Positions 25,717 to 32,466 of a stretch of DNA of 32,466 nucleotides are shown piece after piece. How positions within the stretch are numbered: the stretch's first letter is position 1; the number at the start of each line of letters is the position of its first letter. The translations under genes were made by a program, and so were the position numbers. Origin of the DNA: a virus (taxonomy: Duplodnaviria; Caudoviricetes); IMG/VR virus record IMGVR_UViG_3300049899_000159, positions 1 through 32,466 of that record; one strand, given 5' to 3'. A model generated the notes under the pieces. The model made no database searches. It was not told where the DNA came from and saw nothing but the letters and a program-made list of their open reading frames with translations.

Positions 25717-26448
25717 AAAGCGAAATCATATGTATATAAAGGTGAACACAAACACTCAAAGGAATTTTATATAGGTTATAGAGAAAAAAATGTCGATCCA
25801 GGATTAATTGATTTAAAGAAATATAGAACATCATCAAAAAAAGTTGAGCCAATATTTGATGAGTTTGAATGGGCAGTATTGGCTGAATTTGACAACGGCA
25901 ACGATGCATATGATTATGAACAGAAACAAATTTATGAGAATTGGAACAATCCGTTATTATTAAATGAAAATTGTCATTACGGAAAGAAAAGATTTAAAAA
26001 TGAAGGCGGTAGAATACATTCTGAATCTACTAAACAAAAAATAGGAAAGGCACATACAGGCAAGAAAAGAAAACCATTTTCAGATGAAACATTAAAAAGA
26101 ATGTCAATTGCGCAATCAGGCAGAACACTGTCAGATGGTACAAAACAAAAAATTAGAGAAGCAAGATTAGGAACAAAACAATCACAAGAAACTATTAATA
26201 AACGAGTTGCAAAAAATACAGGTCAAAAAAGAAGCGCAGAGGTATGTAAACAAATTGGTGATGTACATCGAGGAAAAATTGTGTCAGAGGATACTAAACA
26301 GAAAATGTCAATTAAGGCTAAAGATCGAGCAAAAATTAAATCTATATGTCCGCATTGTAGTATAGAAGTAAGTCGTCATAATTATGCAAGGTGGCATGGT
26401 GATAATTGTAAATTAAAAATTGAGCTCTTGCGTAGAAAGTATAATTAA
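25714..26448 (+). CDS. Free-standing GIY-YIG homing endonuclease with NUMOD3 repeats and a C-terminal Zn ribbon
   Basis: SYVY...FYIGYR, YRTSS, about six S-x-x-T/V-x-x-K/R/Q-[IMR] repeats, CPHC...HGDNC. Confidence 0.85.
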   Translation: MKAKSYVYKGEHKHSKEFYIGYREKNVDPGLIDLKKYRTSSKKVEPIFDEFEWAVLAEFDNGNDAYDYEQKQIYENWNNPLLLNENCHYGKKRFKNEGGRIHSESTKQKIGKAHTGKKRKPFSDETLKRMSIAQSGRTLSDGTKQKIREARLGTKQSQETINKRVAKNTGQKRSAEVCKQIGDVHRGKIVSEDTKQKMSIKAKDRAKIKSICPHCSIEVSRHNYARWHGDNCKLKIELLRRKYN

Positions 26449-26452
26449 TAGT

Positions 26453-27205
26453 ATGCTAGAGAAATTCACATTCACAGGTTGCTCTCTTACAAACGGGCAA
26501 GGTCTTAATAGCAAAGACGAAAGATATTCAAATTTAGTAGCAAAATATTTTGTTGTAGAATTAAACAACATTGCAGTAGATGGCAAGGACAACGAACAGA
26601 TTTTTCTCGATGCATTAAATGCAATCTACTTTGGTACACAAACAAAGTTATTTGTACAATGGTCTTCGCTTAATAGAAAACAGTTTCGTCCTGAACCAGA
26701 TAAGCATGTTGGTATATTTCCAAACAATAAAGCTAAGATACAACGATACAAAAGTTTCTATTGTTCCAAAGAAGAAATGCAAACATTTAGTGATGTTTTC
26801 TTTAAACTAAATGGTGAATATTGTCAGTTGCTTAAACTTATAAATTACTGTAATATATTAGAAGAAGCAGCAAAAGACAAATGTGACATAATTTTTATAA
26901 ACGGATTGTTACCATGGAAATCTGATATTGCTCGTCCTGAATTAGTTGAGGATTATGCACGTGATTTAGAAGAATACACAAAAGAAATATTATTGTTTGA
27001 CGTCGTTGAAATTGAAGAGTTTAGAGGTTATTTTCATGTATTATGCAAACAATTTAAAACATTAAACCGTACGCTGTGGTTTAATATCTTTAGTGAGTTG
27101 ACATTTATGCAGCGCGATAATGCAAACGATGGTTTACACCCAGGTCCAAAAAGTCAACAGGTGTATGCAACAAAGTTAATAGATTACATAACGGAGAATT
27201 ATTAA
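26453..27205 (+). CDS. SGNH/GDSL hydrolase-like protein
   Basis: FTGCSLT, NIAVDGKDN, VQWS, DGLHPG. Start placed at ATG 26453. Confidence 0.7.
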   Translation: MLEKFTFTGCSLTNGQGLNSKDERYSNLVAKYFVVELNNIAVDGKDNEQIFLDALNAIYFGTQTKLFVQWSSLNRKQFRPEPDKHVGIFPNNKAKIQRYKSFYCSKEEMQTFSDVFFKLNGEYCQLLKLINYCNILEEAAKDKCDIIFINGLLPWKSDIARPELVEDYARDLEEYTKEILLFDVVEIEEFRGYFHVLCKQFKTLNRTLWFNIFSELTFMQRDNANDGLHPGPKSQQVYATKLIDYITENY

Positions 27206-27386
27206 GATGCAGTAGATTTTTTAGATAATGTTTTAGAAAAAAATAATGTCACAGTTCTGTATTTTAGAAAATGCTGACTATAAAACATTTAATACAAAAA
27301 TGGTGAAAAGCCTACCAGTTATTTTAGATGACGATGATATTTTCTCATTGATATGTAAGAAATACAAAATATAAACAAGGAATAGT

Positions 27387-28766
27387 ATGAGTAAGGAATA
27401 CAGCAAAGATTTACAAAAGTTATTTTTAGAAATGATGATGGAAAACTCTGAGAGTTATGTACGGGTACAGAATATTTACAATCCTGAAAACTTTGACAGA
27501 TCGCTTAAAGCTGTAGCAATGTTTATAACTGATCATTGCACAGATTATAAAACTATGCCAACATACGAGCAAGTTAAGGCAACAACTGGTGTAGAATTAA
27601 AACCTGTCAAAGACTTAACAGACGATCATTACGATTGGTTCTTGTCAGAGTTCGAAGGCTTTACAAAGCAAAAAGAATTAACACGTGCAATACTAGCAGC
27701 ATCAGATATGCTGGATGCAGGCGACTACGACCCTGTGGAAAAACTTATTAAAGATGCGGTACAAATATCATTAACTAAAGACATGGGTACAAGTTACTTT
27801 GAAGATCCACGCGCTCGCTTATTAAGTATTAAAGAAAATAATGGACAAGTAAGTACAGGCTGGCAAATGTTAGATAAACGTTTGTTTGGTGGTATGAACA
27901 GAGGCGAGCTTAATATCTTTGCTGGCGGCTCTGGTAGTGGTAAAAGTTTGTTTATGCAGAACATTGCAATTAACTGGATAACACAAGGACTGAATGGTAT
28001 CTTTTTAACGTTAGAGTTAAGCGAAGAATTATGTGCAATGCGTATGGATAGCATGGTAGCAAATATCAGCACTAAAGAAATATTTAAAGACATGGATAAC
28101 TTAGAAATGAAGATTAAGTTAACCGGCAAGAAGTCCGGAAACTTACAAATTAAGTACATGCCAGCACAAAGCAACGTTAATCAAATACGTAGTTACATTA
28201 AGGAATTACAAATACAAAACGGTATGGAAATTGATTTTATTATGGTTGATTACTTAGACTTAGTTATGCCTGTATCTGTTAAAGTTAATCCAAGCGACTT
28301 GTTTGTTAAAGACAAGTACGTCTCGGAAGAATTGCGTAACTTAGCAAAAGAGTTAGACATATTAATGATAACAGCATCACAGTTGAATCGTGGCGCAGTT
28401 GAAGAAATAGAATTTGATCACAGTCACATCGCAGGCGGATTGTCTAAAATTAATACGGCGGATAACGTGTTTGGTATCTTTACAAGCAGAGCAATGCGTG
28501 AACATGGCAAGTATCAATTACAGCTAATGAAAACACGTAGTTCGAGTGGTGTTGGCATGAAAGTAGACTTGGATTTTGATGTCGATACATTGCGTATTAC
28601 CGACCCGGGTATAGAGGATGATGGTAACGGTGCAGAACGTGCTAGTAACATATTAAACACACCGAGACCATCTGATTCACCTGCGGGCGATGCACCTAAG
28701 ATAAATGCAACAGTGGATAGCAGTAAACTTAAGAATATGTTGGCAAATTTAAAAAATTCTGACTAA
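27387..28766 (+). CDS. Replicative DNA helicase (DnaB/T4 gp41-like)
   Basis: STGW, GGSGSGKS, TLELSE, VDYLD, TASQLNR, KINTAD, MKTR. Confidence 0.93.
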   Translation: MSKEYSKDLQKLFLEMMMENSESYVRVQNIYNPENFDRSLKAVAMFITDHCTDYKTMPTYEQVKATTGVELKPVKDLTDDHYDWFLSEFEGFTKQKELTRAILAASDMLDAGDYDPVEKLIKDAVQISLTKDMGTSYFEDPRARLLSIKENNGQVSTGWQMLDKRLFGGMNRGELNIFAGGSGSGKSLFMQNIAINWITQGLNGIFLTLELSEELCAMRMDSMVANISTKEIFKDMDNLEMKIKLTGKKSGNLQIKYMPAQSNVNQIRSYIKELQIQNGMEIDFIMVDYLDLVMPVSVKVNPSDLFVKDKYVSEELRNLAKELDILMITASQLNRGAVEEIEFDHSHIAGGLSKINTADNVFGIFTSRAMREHGKYQLQLMKTRSSSGVGMKVDLDFDVDTLRITDPGIEDDGNGAERASNILNTPRPSDSPAGDAPKINATVDSSKLKNMLANLKNSD

Positions 28767-28790
28767 ATATAAGATAAACTGGAGCATTTC

Positions 28791-29030
28791 TTGGAAAAGA
28801 GAACTAGAAGTATTCTTGCTGAATTAGACGGATTAATGGTCCAAAAGGATCGTGCTAACTTAGTAGAAAGCAGAGCGAACAATATCATTAATAGTGCTAT
28901 AAACCTCATTGAGTATATTAACGAAAACTACAGCGAAGATACCGCCGATGAAATGCAACGGCGCCTCCTTAATTCAATTAAAAACAGAGATCCGGCCAAA
29001 TTTGCCCGTGCTGTTAAGAAGTTAAAGTAA
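28791..29030 (+). CDS. Small helical hypothetical protein (late)
   Basis: TAAATA at 28764, GGAG RBS, TTG start, TAATG coupling. Confidence 0.75.
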   Translation: MEKRTRSILAELDGLMVQKDRANLVESRANNIINSAINLIEYINENYSEDTADEMQRRLLNSIKNRDPAKFARAVKKLK

Positions 29031-29596
29031 TGTCTGAATCCTTGATGCCATTTATAGAAGAGCTAACAGAAGCTAGAATGTATCGCTATACAAGTACGTT
29101 AAAAGGCAAGACACTCGACGAACTAGCAGAAGTAGCATACATGATGATATTGTTAATGGAACTGATGCGTAAGGAAGATCCTGTACGTGCTAGACGCTAT
29201 GCAATGCACACCACATTTTATGATAATGTTGAATATATAAGACAGGGTTCTTCAGACCTACACAATTTATTATCTATCATAAAGAATCAGACAGAACACG
29301 TCGACAGAATAACTCCAAATCCTGATATCACTCTACCTATGCTTACAACGAAAAAGTATTTTCGTGATATAGAAAGTAATACATATAGACGCGGCGAAGT
29401 GCGACCATACATACAACGATTAGAGAGATTTTTTAAAATACGCAGTGGTGAAGTAAAAGAAATTCGCAGAATTGTGTTATACTGGGATCTTGCTAGTGAA
29501 CAGCAAAAAGCCGCAACAAAGAAAAGAATACGCAATTATTTTCAAAAACATAGTTTTAATAACGATTTATATACAGGGTATAAAACCAAGTTATAG
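29030..29596 (+). CDS. Hypothetical protein (late; LTE site near the N-terminus)
   Basis: 188-aa ORF beginning MSESLMPFIEELTEARM. Confidence 0.75.
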   Translation: MSESLMPFIEELTEARMYRYTSTLKGKTLDELAEVAYMMILLMELMRKEDPVRARRYAMHTTFYDNVEYIRQGSSDLHNLLSIIKNQTEHVDRITPNPDITLPMLTTKKYFRDIESNTYRRGEVRPYIQRLERFFKIRSGEVKEIRRIVLYWDLASEQQKAATKKRIRNYFQKHSFNNDLYTGYKTKL

Positions 29597-29606
29597 ATAA
29601 AAAGAG

Positions 29607-29659
29607 ATAAATAAAAATAAGCGCATAGATTAAGCGCACTTATATTCAGGAGAAGAACA
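29607..29659 (+). repeat. Duplicated late promoter and leader, copy 1
   Basis: 53 nt, identical to 30044-30096 apart from 2 positions. Contains GATAAATA, two TAAGCGCA and AGGAG. Confidence 0.9.
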
Positions 29660-29968
29660 ATGGCAGTAACAAAAGTAAACGGCGGAGCAGCCGCGATGCA
29701 AACAACAGGACGTGACCTTAGTTTTTACGTTTGTACCTTAACAGGTGTTCAAACAGGTTACACAGCAGTAGGCAGTGATTTCGAACTAGTTATTAAAGCA
29801 TTAGCTGAAGTAGCAACAGTTGAAATTATCGGCACACCAGGAACAAACGTATTTAACGTAGCTCTTTCTGGTCATGCAGCAGACGCAGCAGCGTTAACAG
29901 TATTAACTGAAGCAGCAATAACAGGTTCAGTTATGACAGACGGTGTTATCACAGCTGACCCATTCTAA
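29660..29968 (+). CDS. Small Ala/Thr/Val-rich probable virion protein, paralog A
   Basis: Has its own late promoter, strong RBS, biased codons and terminator; clear paralog of 30097..30399. Confidence 0.75.
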   Translation: MAVTKVNGGAAAMQTTGRDLSFYVCTLTGVQTGYTAVGSDFELVIKALAEVATVEIIGTPGTNVFNVALSGHAADAAALTVLTEAAITGSVMTDGVITADPF

Positions 29969-29993
29969 TTAAATTTTAATTAGTAATAAATCT

Positions 29994-30019
29994 AAAAGCC
30001 CTTTAACTAGGGCTTTTTT
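29994..30019 (+). terminator. Rho-independent terminator
   Basis: AAAAGCCCT-TTAACT-AGGGCTTTTTT. Confidence 0.85.
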
Positions 30020-30043
30020 ATGAATTGAAATAATACAAAGTTG

Positions 30044-30096
30044 ATAAATAAAAGTAAGCGCACAGATTAAGCGCACTTATATTCAGGAGAAGAACA
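30044..30096 (+). repeat. Duplicated late promoter and leader, copy 2
   Basis: Matches 29607-29659 at 51 of 53 positions. Confidence 0.9.
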
Positions 30097-30399
30097 ATGG
30101 CAGTAACAAGAGTAAATGGCGGCGCGGCCCCAGTAGTAACAACAGGACGTGACCTTAACATGTATACAATTGGTGAAACAGGCGTACACACAGGTTATGC
30201 AGCAATAGATAGTGATTTCGAAAAATTAATGACAGCACTAGCAACGTGTGCTACACTTGAAGTAATTGGTACACCAGCTTCAGATGCAGTTCGTGTAGCA
30301 GTATCAGGTTGTGCAGAAGATGCAGCAGCTCTACAAGTTATTTTACGTGCATACCACACAGATATTAGCTCATGTACAGTAGCAGACTATACATTCTAA
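30097..30399 (+). CDS. Small Ala/Thr/Val-rich probable virion protein, paralog B
   Basis: Shares MAVT.VNGGAA, TTGRDL, TGY.A..SDFE and IGTP with paralog A. Confidence 0.75.
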   Translation: MAVTRVNGGAAPVVTTGRDLNMYTIGETGVHTGYAAIDSDFEKLMTALATCATLEVIGTPASDAVRVAVSGCAEDAAALQVILRAYHTDISSCTVADYTF

Positions 30400-30425
30400 T
30401 TTAGTTTTAGAATAGTAGCAAACCT

Positions 30426-30454
30426 AAAAAGCCCTTTTTGTTAAGGGCTTTTTT
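30426..30454 (+). terminator. Rho-independent terminator
   Basis: AAAAAGCCCTT-TTTGTT-AAGGGCTTTTTT. Confidence 0.85.
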
Positions 30455-30472
30455 ATGACTATAAATATTTGT

Positions 30473-30889
30473 ATGAACTACTATTCCTGTCACACATTAG
30501 TTGACATCACTAGAACTGATGTAATAATGCACACCGATGAAGACAACGAAGCACGTAACCAGCAACGTAACTGGGAAACAATAATGCAGTTATTAACGTT
30601 ACGTACAGGCATACACGATATAGAATATAATGGCGTTGATAACAATGATCTTACTGAACATAATTTTGGTAGAGAATATAGTGGCGAACATAAAGTGTGG
30701 TCCTTCACATTTGCATCCGATGATGATTATTTTCATAATAATGATCGCTACGGTATCATTAAGAATGATATACAAAATACCCCAATTATTCCTGACTTAA
30801 CTGAGTCAGTACCACTTCCAGAGAAATTTTTCGTTGCTTCCGGCTCTACAATGAACATATACCTTAAAAGCATCAACAAAGCTAAATAA
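30473..30889 (+). CDS. Hypothetical protein (late)
   Basis: TLVDIT, RNQQRNWET, LTLRT, VWSFTF; TAAATA lies 5 nt before ATG 30473. Confidence 0.78.
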   Translation: MNYYSCHTLVDITRTDVIMHTDEDNEARNQQRNWETIMQLLTLRTGIHDIEYNGVDNNDLTEHNFGREYSGEHKVWSFTFASDDDYFHNNDRYGIIKNDIQNTPIIPDLTESVPLPEKFFVASGSTMNIYLKSINKAK

Positions 30890-30918
30890 CAGTATATAAA
30901 AATTATAAAGGAATAGAC

Positions 30919-31182
30919 ATGGCAGCGCCTACAAGCATCGAGAAGGAAAGTTTAGAAGCACATGTGGAGTTGTGTACTCTTCGTTTTAACAATATTGAAC
31001 AACAGTTACGCAATGTTGAAACTCGGATTGATAAATTAGATGTACATTTAATGGATATCAAGAAGTCGCTAACTACATATGAAGCATCTAATAGAGATAG
31101 AACATTTGGATTAATTAAATCAGTATTGCTAATAGTATTAGCAGGTTTGCTAGGTTTTATTGGCAACGGGATGATAGGTTAA
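30919..31182 (+). CDS. Coiled-coil protein with a C-terminal TM helix
   Basis: IEKESLEAHVELC, a heptad region and a hydrophobic C-terminus; AAGGA RBS. Confidence 0.75.
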   Translation: MAAPTSIEKESLEAHVELCTLRFNNIEQQLRNVETRIDKLDVHLMDIKKSLTTYEASNRDRTFGLIKSVLLIVLAGLLGFIGNGMIG

Positions 31183-31191
31183 TAAATATAA

Positions 31192-31395
31192 ATGAAAGTA
31201 GTCGAATTACGTAACAAGTTATTACAGGCAATATGCAACGAAGAAAGTAAGTTGCTATCGCTGTTTAAAGACGAGCCAATACCCAAGGCAAAACTGTCCG
31301 AAAGGCAACAAGAACTTGCTACAAAGTTAACAATTAAAAACATTTTATTGCGAGTTAATACCGGTGATACAATCTACTACTCACGAAAAATTTGA
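31192..31395 (+). CDS. Small hypothetical protein (possible winged helix)
   Basis: 67 aa; TAAATA at 31183-31188. Confidence 0.7.
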   Translation: MKVVELRNKLLQAICNEESKLLSLFKDEPIPKAKLSERQQELATKLTIKNILLRVNTGDTIYYSRKI

Positions 31396-31840
31396 TCTTG
31401 CACAGATACGGCGCTTTACTGAGAATGAGTTAGAACGCCTAAATAAAAGTAAGAAACCATTTTGCCTCCAAGTTGGAGTTGATGTGATAGTAGGTAGATA
31501 TAGAGTAAATAAACAGTCCAGTCATAAATGGATTGTTACTGGTACTAATATAAATCCAGTGGAATTTTCTCTACGTAAGAACGCTATATTGTATTGTTTC
31601 GCTATGCAGTCGGATGATTCCAGTCTAGCTTTTGACGTTAAACAAACAGATCAGAAATTAGCACGTTTAGAGGTAGATGCAACAGCATACAGAAGAAGGT
31701 ACAATGAAGCATTAGAAGGAAATGATACGTTCAATATCGTGCATTTTTCGAATCGATATACAGAAGTTGTATATCGTATAGCAGGAACAAAGAAACAATT
31801 AAAAGAATTCCTCAAAAGGAATAAATACATCAAGGCCTAA
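31364..31840 (+). CDS. Hypothetical protein
   Basis: 158-aa ORF with a helical C-terminal half. Confidence 0.7.
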   Translation: MIQSTTHEKFDLAQIRRFTENELERLNKSKKPFCLQVGVDVIVGRYRVNKQSSHKWIVTGTNINPVEFSLRKNAILYCFAMQSDDSSLAFDVKQTDQKLARLEVDATAYRRRYNEALEGNDTFNIVHFSNRYTEVVYRIAGTKKQLKEFLKRNKYIKA

Positions 31841-32358
31841 TCCGACCAAACTCGTTTATTATCTACTAGCTTCCAGGTCTTTCCTTTCTTTTTCGCACTC
31901 ATCAACGCTTTAGTTTCGTTTGAGAGTTTTCTCCCTAAATTACCCTTTCTAATTTTTTCCTTAGTTTCATCTGTCATATTTTGCTTTGCTGCACTCATTT
32001 TAGCTCTTGTTTCTTTAGATTTAAGTTTTCCTCTTAGAGAATTACTCATTTTAGCCTTCGCGGCGTCCGACAGGCCACTAGTGCCTTCCCCACCGTCTGT
32101 CATATTAAGTAATATACCTTCGTTTAGATCTTTGCGTCCATGTTCTGCTATTAATGCAATTTCAAGCTGGTGCGCGTCTTGTTCTGACATATTTGTTCGG
32201 ATAAATTTAATATAGGATTTATCTTTTGGTACTGGTGTTTTTCCGTGATGGGCATAAGCTCGATTGCCTTTACCTTTACCAATATAATACGGTGTGCCTG
32301 CTTTTGCAGTAGCTGAATCTTTATTTCTTAGGTAAGCGTATATATATAATAAATACAC
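31837..32358 (-). CDS. Free-standing GIY-YIG homing endonuclease with NUMOD3 repeats, in inverted orientation
   Basis: YIYAYLR...[27 protein letters not shown] and repeated SxETKxKMS. The start region is anomalous (see findings). Confidence 0.85.
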   Translation of the reverse strand: MYLLYIYAYLRNKDSATAKAGTPYYIGKGKGNRAYAHHGKTPVPKDKSYIKFIRTNMSEQDAHQLEIALIAEHGRKDLNEGILLNMTDGGEGTSGLSDAAKAKMSNSLRGKLKSKETRAKMSAAKQNMTDETKEKIRKGNLGRKLSNETKALMSAKKKGKTWKLVDNKRVWSD

Positions 32359-32360
32359 AT

Positions 32361-32450
32361 GCTGATACTCCTTTTCAGTATTAGAGTAGTTGGTGCTCGA
32401 AACACGTGAACTACACTTTTATTTATCACTTTTGATAAATATAATAAATA
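32361..32450. promoter_or_regulatory. Structured leader of the inverted endonuclease plus divergent late-type promoters
   Basis: Minus strand: GATAAATA (32420-32427), GTAGTT/AACTAC stem (32386-32414) and AGGAG RBS. Plus strand: GATAAATA (32434-32441) and ATAAATA (32444-32450). Confidence 0.6.
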
Positions 32451-32466
32451 CATAATAATTAATACA

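Noticed and set aside
26010-26330. Periodic sequence in the endonuclease gene as a DNA repeat array
   Set aside because: It is explained by protein-level NUMOD3 repeats.
27206-27386. 42-codon ORF 27246..27374 and possible read-through of the 27205 stop
   Set aside because: It has no RBS or motif and short broken frames; at most it is an unidentifiable gene remnant.
13156-28766. Inteins in the helicases, primase or DnaE-like protein
   Set aside because: Protein lengths are normal or short, and I see no C/S...HN splice motifs.
1-32466. Stop-codon reassignment, as seen in some large phages
   Set aside because: Standard-code ORFs tile the window densely, and TAA, TAG and TGA all end genes at sensible boundaries.

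Overview
An AT-rich, gene-dense segment of a large T4-like (jumbo-type) tailed phage, read in the standard genetic code and almost entirely on the + strand. It carries core replication genes: a UvsW-like SF2 helicase, a probable clamp-loader small subunit, a 192-aa minimal DnaE-like polymerase, a DnaG/gp61-like primase and a DnaB/gp41-like helicase. It also has three free-standing GIY-YIG/NUMOD3 homing endonucleases plus one decayed copy, a ClpP, a ribosomal bL12-CTD protein and a lipid-modification-like cassette (two fatty-acid desaturases flanking an SGNH-like protein, a SAM methyltransferase and a B12 radical-SAM enzyme). Two promoter classes are visible, sigma70-type and a TAAATA late-type, and many seem to drive leaderless mRNAs. 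The best novel candidates are: (1) a ~270-nt multi-stem RNA with 7-nt (A/C)UUGNNN repeats in its loops, directly behind a DIP1984-like helical protein; (2) four tandem genes with a shared M-x-x-x-E-[FI]-I-x-E leader and internal LNE sites, which look like head-packaged, protease-processed polyprotein effectors; (3) at least eight small proteins sharing a [DE]-K-x3-[WF]-x2-L-K-like helix motif. All calls come from reading motifs by eye; no database search or folding program was run.
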